Origin: Thecamonas trahens ATCC 50062
Lineage: Eukaryota; Protista; Apusomonadida
DNA length: 64,000 bases
Assembly: GCF_000142905.1 (NCBI RefSeq)
Contig: NW_013657605.1
Span: 1 to 64,000, forward strand
Direction of reading: 5' to 3'
The notes beneath the pieces are model-generated. The model worked only from the letters and a program-made list of their open reading frames with translations. It searched no databases and had not been told where the DNA came from. How positions within the stretch are numbered: position 1 is the first letter of the stretch; each line of letters begins with the position of its first letter. The position numbers and the translations under genes are program-made. This document shows, piece by piece, positions 40,867 through 53,175 of this stretch.

Positions 40867-42192
40867 ATGGGCAAGGGCATTCTTCGGAACAAGCTGACCA
40901 AGGAAGAGGCCAAGCTAAAGAGCAAGTACGCGAGAGCCAAGAAGCGCAAGGCAGCAGCCGAGGCCAAGGCGAGGAAGGCAGGCAAGAACAAGAGAGTGCG
41001 GGCAAGGAGGCGGAGTCGGGCATGGGCCAAGGTATTCAAGTCGTTGAAAAAGGACTCGACCGGACATCGGCACATTGCTCTCTTGCCAAACAACGAGGAC
41101 CTTCGAGAGGCTCATGAAATTGCTCATTTGAGACGGAAGCGGAGGTCTCATCCTCATGCCTCGGACATCTCCTCAGCTACTTCGCTCGGCTCTCTCTCGG
41201 ATCGCTACCCGGATTATGATCATCCGGATCGCATCGTTCACGAGGTCGTCGTCAAGCACTCGTACCCGCATCCTCCCCGCCGCGAGCGCTCCTTCTCACG
41301 AAGCTCGGCCCGTTCTTGGTCTCGCCCTCGCCGCCGCGGACGCCGCCACCGCCATCGCCACACACACACCGCCTCGATCATTGTCTCGTACTCATCATCC
41401 TCATCATCATCCTCATCTTCCGGCTCCTCCTCGTCTTCCTCACCAGCATCTGGCATCCTTGTCGGCCGCGCGCCTGTCGTCCGCGGCAAGCACAACACCG
41501 AGTACATCGTGGTTCCGCGGTCCAAGCTGAACCGTGGGCGCCGCAAACGGCACAAGCCCCCGCCAAAAGCCCGCAAGCGTAAGGTCGTCCTCGTCAAGCA
41601 GGGCTCCGACGGCGAAGAGGCCGAGCGGTTCGAGGCCTCGCTCGACGGCTCCCTCGTTCTCTCCACCCGCCGCCGGCCCAAGGGCAAACGCAAGGGTAAG
41701 CGATCTCGCCTTGCTCGCGGTTCCTCCCGTCGCCGCAAGGCCGGCTCTTCGTCCGACGACTACGAGTACGGCGGCGAGTACGAGGAGATGTACAATTCGG
41801 ATCAGGAGGCTGCCGTCGCACGTCTCGAGCGCGAAGCTCTCAAGGCCGAGTTGAAGATGGGCGACCTCGTCCGCAAGTCGGCCGCCCACAACCACGACCT
41901 CATCCGAGACATCGATGACGTCGACCGCAAGCTCGTCCGAACTGCCGCGCACGCAGAAGTCGAGCTCGGCTCTTCCTCCTCCACCTCTGCATCATCCTCG
42001 GTCGCCGCCTCGGACCGCACCTCCGAGTCGTCGTCGTCCGCCCCACCCAAGCGCAAGACCAAGGCCAAGGGAAAGGCTAAGACCAAGGGAAAGACCAAGG
42101 GAAAGACCAAGGGAAAGACCAAGACCAAGGGTAAGACCAAGGCCAAGGGCAAGTCCAAGGGCAAGAAGTCCAAGACAAGAAGCCGACGATAA
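40867..42192 (+). CDS. Basic Lys/Arg/Ser-rich low-complexity protein
   Basis: ATG at 40867 opens ~440 codons with a KGKT repeat tail. May splice into the next ORF. Confidence 0.65.
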   Translation: MGKGILRNKLTKEEAKLKSKYARAKKRKAAAEAKARKAGKNKRVRARRRSRAWAKVFKSLKKDSTGHRHIALLPNNEDLREAHEIAHLRRKRRSHPHASDISSATSLGSLSDRYPDYDHPDRIVHEVVVKHSYPHPPRRERSFSRSSARSWSRPRRRGRRHRHRHTHTASIIVSYSSSSSSSSSSGSSSSSSPASGILVGRAPVVRGKHNTEYIVVPRSKLNRGRRKRHKPPPKARKRKVVLVKQGSDGEEAERFEASLDGSLVLSTRRRPKGKRKGKRSRLARGSSRRRKAGSSSDDYEYGGEYEEMYNSDQEAAVARLEREALKAELKMGDLVRKSAAHNHDLIRDIDDVDRKLVRTAAHAEVELGSSSSTSASSSVAASDRTSESSSSAPPKRKTKAKGKAKTKGKTKGKTKGKTKTKGKTKAKGKSKGKKSKTRSRR

Positions 42193-42237
42193 ACACTCTG
42201 ACACCGCCACGTCTCGCCAACAGCTACCTCTCTCCAT

Positions 42238-43377
42238 ATGCCGTCTTTGAGCCGATCGCGATCGCGATCTCGGTCATCGTCCCACCGCACCCGTCGCTCG
42301 CGCATCAGCTCATACCGATCGTCCTCGCATCGCTCGCGACACAGCTCGCGGCGGAGACATAGCCACCGATCCCGTGACACCGGCTCCTCTTCGCGCCGCC
42401 ACCGTTGCCATGGCACCGACCACAACTCGAGGCGGCGGCGACGACATCATCACCGTCATCGCCATCGTCGCCGCCATTGCTCGTCTGGACATGGCTCGAG
42501 GTCACGAAGCCGATCATGCACACACTCGTCATCGTCAAGCTCATCATCTTCGTTCTCGCCACCATCTCACCCGCGGCGACTTGCACAGGGCTCACAACGG
42601 CCGCCATCGCCATCGCCATCGCCGTCGTCATCGCCGGAAGAGGCGCGGCGCCGAGCAAGAGTGGCTGCGATTGCGGCCATGGAGGCCGAGCTCCAAGCGC
42701 TGCAACGGGAAGAAGCCGAGGAAGAGGCTACTGAAGCCTATGCCTCGAGCTGGCAAGGCAAACTAGCTGCTGCCCATGACGACGACCTTCGTGCGGCTCG
42801 TGTGCTCAACCCGCTTGCGGCAGCGGATGAGCTCGTGGTCGATGACCGCGACCTGCCCGACCTCCGCATGACCTCCGACGAGTGGGATGCCTTCTACGCC
42901 CGCTACGAGGCACGCAAGCGGAACATAGACGCTGCCGCCAAGGCCCATGCTGCCGCATTTCATGCTGCTAATGCAGAGCGTGAGGCGGCGGCGGCGGCGG
43001 CAAAGACCGTCGCAACATGGGCTCGCCTCTCGGCTCCAGACGCCACCGAGCCCATCGCCTTTGCTGACATTGCCTTTCCCGATCTGGACGGTCTTGGCCT
43101 GGATGCCCTCCTTGCCGCCGATGCTGCCGCTGCCGACAGCGGTCAGGCCTCTAGCTCTGTGCCTGGTGGTACTGCTGCTGCTCCTGCTGGTCGATCGCGT
43201 CCGGCCTCACACAAGGCTGCCCTCCGTGCTGCCTTTCTTGCCTGGCACCCGGACAAGTTTGTTCAGCGGTACGGTGCCCGGCTTGTGCCCGATGATGCCG
43301 ATCGCATCATGGCGGCGGTGACCGCCACCGCCCAGAAGATCTCCGCCCTCAAGGCCGAGCTGATGGCTGGCCGCTGA
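42238..43377 (+). CDS. RS/His-rich protein with NFKBIL1-like C-terminal domain
   Basis: IAFADIAFP...LRAAFLAWHPDKFVQRYG...DRIMAAVTATAQKIS resembles the NFKBIL1 C-terminus (WHPDRFLQRF...RVMGAVTALSQAL). Confidence 0.75.
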   Translation: MPSLSRSRSRSRSSSHRTRRSRISSYRSSSHRSRHSSRRRHSHRSRDTGSSSRRHRCHGTDHNSRRRRRHHHRHRHRRRHCSSGHGSRSRSRSCTHSSSSSSSSSFSPPSHPRRLAQGSQRPPSPSPSPSSSPEEARRRARVAAIAAMEAELQALQREEAEEEATEAYASSWQGKLAAAHDDDLRAARVLNPLAAADELVVDDRDLPDLRMTSDEWDAFYARYEARKRNIDAAAKAHAAAFHAANAEREAAAAAAKTVATWARLSAPDATEPIAFADIAFPDLDGLGLDALLAADAAAADSGQASSSVPGGTAAAPAGRSRPASHKAALRAAFLAWHPDKFVQRYGARLVPDDADRIMAAVTATAQKISALKAELMAGR

Positions 43378-43416
43378 CCCCACACCGATAAAAGCTGCAG
43401 CACCCGCTTTACTTTG

Positions 43417-46400
43417 TCAAAACGCAAACTCGTCACTGGTCTCGATGCGCCGGCTTGAGTCCCCGGCCCGCAGCCGCATCCGCTCGGCCATGGCGTCGAT
43501 CTCCTGGGTCGAGGCCTCGATCTCGGCGTCCAGCGCGGCGAGCGTGCCGTCGTCATCCGAGTCGTCGACCGCGGAGAGCGGTGCGGCTTGTCGCGGCCGC
43601 CGCCGCTGCGGCGTCGCAGCACTGTCCTCGCTGGCCTGCGCGGCGGCGAGCTGCCGCTCGAGCGTGACAACACGGGTCTTGAGCGCGCGCACCTCGTCGG
43701 TATCGTGCTCGAGCGCGATGAGCGACTCGGTCTGGAACGCCATCAGGGTGTCCTTGTCCTTCTTGAGCGAGCTCAGCTGGTGCTCGAGCTCGTGGATCCG
43801 GTTGGTGTCAACCTTGCGCTGCTTGCGGAGCTTGGCGGCCTCGGCCTTGGCGACCTCGGTCGTCCGCGAGAGGTCCTCGTTCTGTGCCATCATCATCATG
43901 ATCACCTCGCCCTCCTTGAGGCGTGCGATCTCCTCCTTGTGCGCGACCTTGAGCTTCTCGCGGTCCTTGGACGCCGCCTGCAGCTGCCGCGACAGCTTGG
44001 AGACCTTGACCTTGAGCTCGCGGATCTGCATTTCGGCCTCGTCGCGCTCGGTCCGCACCGCCCGCAGCTCAGCCTTGTACTTGGCCGCATTCCGCGACGC
44101 CTCTGAGCCTGATGACTCGCCGCCAGCCGGCGCGCTTCCGCTGCCACCGTCGGTGCTCTCCAGCCGACGCTGCAGCTGCACAATCCGCTTCTTGAGCGAC
44201 CGGATGGTCTCCGCGTCACTCGACGACCGCTCGCCCTTGAGCGAGCCCATCGAGCCCGAGCGGTTGAGCATCTTGCGCTCGAGCGCCTTGACCTGCGCTT
44301 CGGCCTTGTCTGCCCGCGCCTGCTCGCGCGCAACCTGTGCCCGCAGCGTCGCCGACTCGTCCTTCACCACGCTAGCCCGCGACTTGGTGTCGAGCAGCGT
44401 CGCCCGGAGGCCGTGCAGCTCGGCCTCGGCCGCTGTCGCCCGCGCGTGAAGCTCCTTCAGCTCCGACGTCATCATATCGTCGTGCGCAGCCTGCTCGGCG
44501 GCAGCCACAGGCCCGGCTGCACGAAGCGTGTTGTTGGCCACAGAAAGCTCGCGGTTCTTGCTCCGCAGCTGCTGCACGTGCTCGCGCAGCGAGGTCACCT
44601 CGCCGGCCAGCCGCGCGTTCTCGGCCACCAGCGCGTCGACCTTGGCCTCGACCCCGGTCCCGGCTCCGGCCGCGGCGCCCGGCGCCGTCGCCTCGATTGC
44701 CACGTTGACTGCGTTGACCGCAGCCTGAAGCGCGTCCTCGGTCTCGCGGAGCTTGGCCTTCATGGCCAGCACCTCGTCGGCGTCGGTCGTCGACGCGGCA
44801 CGCAACGCGTTGGCCTCGGCCTCGGCAGCGCGCAGCGCGTCCTTAGTCGCCGCAAACCGGTCCTTAAGCGTCCCGTGCGCGAGCGTCACCTCCTCCAGCT
44901 CGCTCTGCACCGCCCGGAGCTTCGCATCTGCACCCTCGAGTGCAATAATCTTCGACTGCAGATCGCGCTCAAGCTTGGCCTCCTTCTCCAGCGTCTGCTG
45001 GAGCGAGGCCACCTGCGACTCGGAGGAGCCAACCGAGGTGTGGAGCGACTCAATCTTGGACCACAGCTGGTTCTGCGTCATCTCGGCCATCTTGGCCGCC
45101 TCGGCCGCCTTGTCCTCCAGCGCCGCATACTCGGCGTCCTTCTCTTCCATCGCGCGCTGCGCCTCGAGCAGCTTGGCCTGAAGCTCCTGGACCTGCGCCG
45201 CAAGATCGCCGGCCTCGGCCTCGGCCACCGTTGATGCCTCGGCCGACGTCTCGTGCACGTTGTCTACCTCGTCCTTGAGTGCCTCGCACTCGGCCTCCAG
45301 AAGCTCGATCTTGGCCTGGGCCTCGCGCCGTGCCTTATTGGCCTCGTTGAGCTTGGTCGCCAGCTCGTTCATGTTCTCACGCGCCGCCGCGAGCGCGCCC
45401 TGGTGCACGCTAGTCGACGACTGAAGCGCCGCGTTGCTCGCGCTCGACGCCTCAGCCAGCTCCTCCTCCAGCAGTTGCGACCGTGCCGCGAGCGTCGCCG
45501 CCTCCTGCCGGGACGCATCCAGGGCCGCCTTGGTAGTGGCAATCTCACGCTGCGCGGCCTCCACACTGTGGGTCGCGTCGGAGAGCATGCCCTCCAACTG
45601 CGAGATCTGCGCAAACGACGCGTCCTTGATCGTCTCCTGCACCTGCTGCGCAGCTTCGAGGTCCGCCTGCAGCGACTCGACCTCGTCCGACGCGTCCTCC
45701 AACTGCCGCGTCAGCGACTTGATCTGCGCCTCGGCGGCCACGGCCTTCTCACGCTCAGCCACCAGCGCCTCGTTGAGCTCTGCTCGCTGCTCGCGCTCCG
45801 AGTCGAGCAGCGCCGAGAGCGACTCGATCTGCGCGTTGAGCCCAGACTCGCGCTCCGATGCTGCCTGGCTCTCCGATGTGCGTGCCAGCTTCTCCGACGC
45901 AAGCGCCCGCTCTGCGTCGGCCGCCGCTAGGCCAGCCTCGCGGATCCGCCGGTTGAGGTTGGCCGTCGAAGTTGAGCTCCGCGCCCCGGCCTCCTCGGCA
46001 GCCTTGGTAAGCTCGAGGACCTGGACCTCGGCCGCGGTCCGCCGCGCGATCTCGCGCTCCAGCGCCGTCGCACTCTCGGCCGCCTGCTTCTCGGCACGAC
46101 TCTTGCCCAGTTCGCACGCCTGCAGCTCGTTGCGTGCGGCACGGACCGCGGCGTCGAGCTCGGCCACCTCGGCGTCAAGCTCGGCCACACGCGCCTCGGC
46201 AGCCACAGCCCGCTGCGTCTCGGCGTTAAACGCCGCAACCTTGTCGGCCTCGGCAGAGATCTGGCTCTCCAGCTCGGCAATCTTGGCCGCCGCACGCTGC
46301 TTCGCCGCATCCTCGTCCGCCCGCGCGCTCACCGTCGCCCGCTTCTCAGACTCAACTGCGGCTTGGAGCTCGGCAATCTGCGACTGCGCAAACTTGAGCT

Positions 46401-49400
46401 CGCGGGCTGTCTGGTTGTGCTCCAGTTGCAAGTAGCGCTTCTCCTCACGCACCTTTTCCAGCTCAGCCCGCGCCTCGGCCCGCGCCTCACGCGCAGCCTC
46501 GAGCTTGGCCTCCACCCGTGACGTCTTCTCGTTGGCGTCCATCACGTCCTGCTGCGCCAGCGCCGCCTCGCGCCGGACATCGCCCATTGCCCGCTCCATC
46601 TCCAGGATCTTGCTCGACAGCTCCGAGTGCCGCACCCGCGCCTCGCCAAGTTCGGTCTGCAGCCGCATGTTGGCATCCTTGGTCCGATCTGCCCGTCCAT
46701 CACCGCCCGCCCACAATCAATCAATCACCCAGGTGAGTCAATCGCCCAAACTTGTCCCACCAACACACAGGTACAAAAAAAGAGGCAGGACAAGCCAAGC
46801 CCTTCGTTTATGAGCGACGGCGCGCACATAGTCGAAGGGATGGACGCCTCTGCACACTGCCACCGATAAGCTCTCGGTCACTCCGTTGGTCCCTTGGGGG
46901 GAGGGAGGGGGAGGAGGGGGAGGGGGGGCACACGCACACGCAGATCAGCTCCGCGAATAGTCGCGGCGCGACCGAAGCGGCTCGGAGCGGTCCATGCCGC
47001 GGCCTGCGGCCAAATACGCACCTAGTCTCTGCTTGAGGTCTGAGGCGTCTGCGGCCGAGGTCTCGACGCGGGCCTCGGTGGCACGGGACGAGTCCAGGAG
47101 CGCGCTGTGGGCCGAGGAGACCTGCGCAAGCTGGTCCTTGAGGGCGTCGCGCTCGACAGTCAGGTCCGAGATGGACTGGAGTAGATCCTTGCACTTGTCC
47201 TTGTAGCCGTCGACCTCTGCGAGGGCAGCGTCAGCAGCAAGCTTGAGCGAGTCCTTCTCCTTGGCGAGGGTAGCACTGGTAGCGCGGGCGTCGGCAAGGG
47301 ACGCGGCAGCCTGCTCGGCGGCGTACTTGTCGGACTCGAGCTTGGCCGAGAGGCGGGCGATCTCGAGGGCGGCGGTCTTGGCGTCGTTCTCGAGCTGAGC
47401 AACCTCCTCCTTGGAGACCCGCAGCGTTCGCTTCTTCTCGAGCAGCTCAGCCTCAACAGCCTCGACCCGCTCGCGGAGCGCGGCCTCGGAGAGAACGAGC
47501 GCGTCATGGGCCGAGGTGAGGGCGTTGTTGGAGCGGGTGAGCTCGCGGAGATCGTCCTCGAGATTGGCGACGCGGGAGAGCGCGTTGTCACGAGAGGTGA
47601 CGGCCTTGGTCAGCTTGAGCTGGGTGTGGCGCAGCTCCTCGTCGGCCTTGTCCTGGCGGGCAGCGGCGGCGGCGGCGTCGCCAGTGGCGGAGTCGGCTGT
47701 CTGCTTGAGCGCAGCAGACTCGGCCACGAGCGACTCCTCGCGGACCAGGGCGGCGTGGAGCTGCTTCTTGTAGTGGTTGATCTCATCCTCAAGGTCCGAG
47801 TACTTGAGCTGGGTCTGCGACGTCATCGACTCCATCTGGTCGTAAGCGGCGTCGAGAGACTTTTGCAGGTTGGCCAGAGCCTGCGACTGCTTGGCCTCGA
47901 GGTCGACGATGCGGGCCTCGTAGCGGTCCTTCTCGGCGCGCCAGGCCGCGAGGGTCTCGTCGAGCTCTGCGGCCTTGAGCTCGAGGCGCTTGTTGGCGTC
48001 TGCCAGCTGCTGGGCAACCGACATCTTCTCGAGCTCAAAGGTGGCTTTGTCGCGGCCCGAGGCCGAGATCGAGGCGTTGGCCTTTGCCAGCTCCTGCTCG
48101 ACGGCATACTTTTGGGCGGTGAGATCCTCGACGTCTGCGCGGTAGCGGGCGATTTCGGCGTCCTTGGTCTCGCAGGCACGGGCGAGCGCGTCCTTCTCGG
48201 CGACGTCGGTCTGAAGCTTGCGGCGGAGGAGCGAGAGCTCATCCTCGAGGCCGCGGGCCTCGGAGACAAGGTCCTGGTTCTCGCGCAGGACCGAGTCAAA
48301 GTTGACCTTGACCTCGTCGTAGGCCTTGGTCTTGAGCTTGAGCGACTCTGCGGTCGAGTCGAGCTCCTGTTGAAGCTTGAAGGTCTTCTTCTCCTCGGCA
48401 TCAAGGTAAGCCTTAGTCTCTGCGAGGTCCTCCTGAAGCTTGGCAATGTTGCGCTCGAGGGTGACCGAGTGGACGGTGGCCTGCGACTTTTCGGCGGCCT
48501 CGACCTCAAGCTTGTTGCGGGTGTGGGCGATCTGGGCCTCGAGGGCGGCCTTGGAGGCGCGGACCTGCTCGAGACGCTGGTTGGCGCCATTGGCCTCACG
48601 CTTGGCGTCCTCGAGCTTCTTGGTCAGCTCTGCGGTCTGGTAGTGGGCGAGGCCGAGGTCGCGCTTGGCGTCGTTGAGCGCCGACTCGAGAGAGACGCGG
48701 ATGGCGGCAAGCTCGTCGTACTGGGCCTGGTGGGCGGCGAGCTCGGTGAGGACGTCCTCGCGGGCGGCGAGGAGCGAGTCGCGCTCGCGAGTCATCGACT
48801 CGAGCTGGCGCTTGTAGTCGTCCGAGGTGTGGGCGACTGACGACTGGGCGACCGAGAGCTCGGAGACGAGCTTATCGGTCTCGGACTTGTCGGCGAGGGC
48901 GGCGTCGCGGGCGCGGAGGGCGTCGAGCAGGAGGGTGTGCTCGTGGGCGTGTTTGGCGATCCAGTCGTCACGCTCGCGCTCCATCTTGGCCAGCTCCTCA
49001 CGCTTGCAGGCGTGGGCGTGGATCTCCTTCTCAAGATCCTGCTCAAACTCGGTGAGCTCGGTGCGGAGCACGTCTTTTTCGGCCTCCATGACAGCGTTGA
49101 TCTTCTTGAGATCCTCGATCTGCGACCGCTGGTGGTCGATGGTCCCGTTGAGCTGGACGCGCTTCTTGTTCTCCATGTGGAGGGCGTTCTTAAGCTCGTC
49201 GATGGTTTCCTTGAGCGCCGAGACTTCGGACGCCGTCGACTTGGCTTGCGAGACGGCCGAGGCCGACGAAGATTTGGCGAGAGCGAGCTCCGACTCGTGG
49301 GCGAGCTTGGTGTCGGCGAGCGCGTCCTCAGCGGCTGCGAGTTCGGTGCGAAGCGAGACGACGAGGCCGTCCATGTCCTTCTTGGCGGAAAGCGCCTCGG

Positions 49401-51008
49401 CGAGCATGCGGCGAAGCTCGGCGATTGTCATGTCGGTCTCCTCGCGATTCTGTAGCTCGTCGAGCTCGGCAAAGAGCATGTCGACCTGGTCGGCGAGCGA
49501 GCTGTTCTCGGCGGTGAGCGAGTCGATCTTGGCGTTGGCGGCAGAGAGCTCGGCGGCGTGGGTCCGGCGCACGGCCTCGACGTTCTCGGCAAGGAGCAGC
49601 TTTTGCGAGTCGAGGAAGTCCTTCTGGGCCTCGTCCTCGATGAGGCGCGACTCGAGCTCAGAGTTGAGGGCAAGCAGCTCGTCGACCTTGAGACGGAGCT
49701 CGGTGACCTCGATGAGCTTGTCGTTGAGCTTCTCGGCCGAGACGTCCGACTCTGCGGTTTGCGAGCGGATCGTGGCCTTGGCGTCGGCAAGTTCGGACTT
49801 GAGGTCGGACACGGTGTTACGCTCGAGCTCGGCCGACTCGAGGGCGCGGGTGAGCTCAATCTGCAGGTCTGCGGCCTGGCGGGCGACCTTGTCGCGGAGC
49901 TGCTTCTCCGACGCGAGCTGCTTGGTGAGGCGGTCGAGCGAGAGCGAGACGTCGCGGGTCTCGTCGCGGGCGGCGGTGAGCTCGGACGAGAGCGCGGCGC
50001 TGGATTTCTTTTCGGCGTGGAGAGAAGCCTCGATGTCCGAGAGCTTGTTCTTGAGAGCCAGGGTGTTGTTCTTGGCAGCCGAAAGCTCGTCGGAGAGGAG
50101 CGAGACCTGCTGCTCGAGCTGAAGGCGGGTGGCGCTCTCCTTCTCGCCCGAGTTCTCCAGTACCAGGGTCTTGTTCTGCTCGTCGCCGAGGCGCTGGGCA
50201 AGGTCGGAGGCCTGGTGGGTGAGCTGGGCGCGGGCGTCCATCTCATTCCGGAGGCGCTCGCCAAACTCAGTCAGCTGCGCCGACATCTCCTCGAGCTGGG
50301 CGGCCATCGACGCGTGCTCGCCCCAGATGTCTGCTGTGGAGACGACGTCGTGGAGGGTGGCGTCGGTCCGCTTGAGGAACGACGAGTTGAGAGCGTTGAG
50401 CTTGAGGGCGACCGACTCCTTGAACGCGGTCGAGTTGGCGTTGACCGGGTTCGCGCGGGCGCGGTCGGTTGAGGCCTGCAGCCGCGAGAGGTCGCTCTGC
50501 CAGCGGGAGCGCGACGAGGTGAGGCCCTGGACAAGCTGGTCGAGGGCGTCAATGACTGAGAGCCGCTTGTTGAGCTCGAGCACATCCTCATACGGAAGGG
50601 CAGCGCCGGACGACTTGGAGGCGTCGGCGCCGAGGTCGAGCGGGGCGGGCCCGACAGCGTTGGAGCTCGCCGAGCCGCCGGCCGACTCGGAGTCAGAGGC
50701 AGCGTCAGCGTCATCGCCACCAAACCACGCGCCGACAGCCTTGCCGATATTGAGCCGCATGTCCCAGGCCGACCACAGCTGGCGATCATCGTCGCCGTTC
50801 TCGCCAGCGTTCATCGACACATCATGCTGCGGCTGAAGCATAGACGAGGACATACCCGACGTATCCGGGTTGTTTGCCAAGTGAGAGACAGTCTTGCTCA
50901 GCTCCGAGTTATACCGCTCGGCAGCTGCACCAGGTACATGAGAAGCAGCAAGAATCTCCAGCTGCGACTCGAGGTGCTTGACATGGTTCCACATTTTGCG
51001 TTCGTCGT
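43417..51008 (-). CDS. Giant (~2,400 aa) coiled-coil protein; two long exons joined by predicted intron 46689-47021; 5' exon unresolved
   Basis: Heptad-rich E/A/K/L sequence in both ORFs. G|GTGCGT donor at 47021 and CAG acceptor at 46689 are both phase 1, giving ...KQRL-D-RTKDANMRLQ... A CAG acceptor at 51009 marks the upstream exon boundary. Confidence 0.75.
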
Positions 51009-52550
51009 CTGGGTAGAGGGGATGTTGTGAGGGTTTGGGGGGGAGAGGGGGGGAGGGGGGGGGGGTATGGGTAGGTTGGGAGGGGGGGGGGGTTNNNNNN
51101 NNNNNNNNNNNNNNNNNNNNNNNNNNNNNNNNNNNNNNNNNNNNNNNNNNNNNNNNNNNNNNNNNNNNNNNNNNNNNNNNNNNNNNNNNNNNNNTCACTG
51201 GCTGAGCTGCGGAAGAATGCGACACCGGGCTACATGCTCCTCGCGTACCCGGACAGACCCATCCGCTCGCAGCGTCTCGGGGTAGTGCAATCGCACTATG
51301 GATCGTGAGACGGACGCCTCGCAGCGAAAGAAGGCGAGCGTCAGGTTCTCCTACAGCGTACACAAAGATTCCGCTCAGCCGAGCCTTTAGAAGGGCAAGA
51401 CACATCCCGTCGAGAATGATCTGGCCGCGCGGGACAGCTTCTCTGATCTCATCGGCGAGGGGGGAGAGATGGGGTGAGTGTATATGTAAAAAGAGGGGGA
51501 AGGGGGGAGGAAGATACAGTATATATTGCGTATGTGTGGTTGGGGAAGGAGTGCGGATAAAGGGCGTGGTGGTAGGCGAGGTGATAAAGTGGCGGTTGGG
51601 AGAGAGGGAGAGGGGGGGGGCCGTGGGGGTATGGGGCTTTTGCCACGTAAAAACATTGATTAATTGTGGTGGTGGACAGCGGCAGACGGTAGCCGATCAA
51701 GCTGCGGAGCAAGACAAGGTGGGCTGTGGGGGGGAGGGAGGAGGGGGGGAAGGGGAAGGAATGAGCGGTCTCACCACGTACGACTACCAGTGAGACTGAT
51801 GGTATGGGAGGGGTGGAGGGCTGTGCGAGACGGTGAAGGGCTCGACCGCACAATGTCCTCACTCTCACGCAGCGAGTCCATGGCTGGTGGGGTGGAGGGG
51901 GAGAGGTGTGGCTGAGGTGGTATGCCAACGGTTGGTGAGGCTGAAAATGGGGAGCGGTGGGACGGGCTGATGTGGAGGAGGAGCTGATCAGCACAGATGG
52001 TGAGATGGTTGGATTGAGAAGAGAGAGTAGTGGGAGAAGGGGGGGTTGGGGGGTTGGCGGGGAGTGAGGGGGATAGGGGGGATAGGTGTATATTCTCGTC
52101 GATCTTTGCCATTGTGATGGGTGTGCTGGGGATCTTGTAGAGTTTGTGGGGGGCGGTGTGGAGGAGGGTATGGCGGAGGAAGGCGGGGATGATGGGCATG
52201 GGATGCGGCAGCGGGTATGCTTACGTATGCTGTGAAAGATGGGTTGTGATCGGGCTCTGCCAGGGTGTGAGCAAGCCAGTTTGGGGCACGGTCGGGGTTG
52301 AGCCGGCTGGATTGCGGGCAGGGGTAGCCAGCACAAGCCATAGCTCAGCAAAGAGGAGATAACACGACTGCAACACGTCTCGAGCATCGAGTGGCTACGG
52401 TCCTCTACCCTCATCCAGAATCGCAACAGCATCGTACAACGGGGGAGTCGGCTTGCCGAGTCGATCTGTCGAGATTGAAGACTACGTGCGAGTGCGCGCC
52501 GAGTGAGCAAAGTGGTTTGCAGCGCTGGCACCTGACGCACTGCCACGATC

Positions 52551-53094
52551 ATGGCTGCAGGTACGTTGTCCATTGCCAGCCGTCCCCCCCTCTTGTTCCC
52601 GCTCCCTCTCACGCAAGCTCTTCCCCCATGTAGGACGGCCCTCACCTAAGAGTACTCTCTCTCCCTTCCTCTCCGTTATCTCCCTGCACTCTGTGGGGCT
52701 ATGGTATGGCCATGGGTAAGAGGTCAACCAGATGGTCTTGCTCTTTGTACGCGTGAGGAAGTGAAACTGGTCGTGGCAGCCTTTCTTGCGAATGATGGTG
52801 CCGCAGGCAAGTCGAATGGCTTTTTTTCGAGTTGGGCGATTTTGGTCATTTTGGCGACTTTTTTTTTTATGGGTTTTCTTGCGTTGGCAACACCGCCCAG
52901 CCTTTATGCGCTCTGCAAGCAACTGGGAGAACTTACTTACATAGGTGGTGTGTGTGTGGTATAGTTGACGAGTTTGTGTTTGAGGATCCTGTCGAGTACG
53001 AGTTTGAGGAGGAAGAGGAGGAGGACACTGATGAGGACGAGGACGATGATGATGAGTCGGATGACGAGGTTGTGATCGAGGAGGCGAAGGATGC

Positions 53095-53175
<81 letters not shown>

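Noticed and set aside
47506-50836. Long antisense and alternate-frame ORFs over the coiled-coil gene and other genes
   Set aside because: Shadow ORFs expected from high GC and biased codon usage.
52807-52964. GC-AG intron (CAG|GCAAGT) in the acidic protein gene
   Set aside because: Phase-compatible, but a canonical GT donor at 52561 explains the same acceptor.
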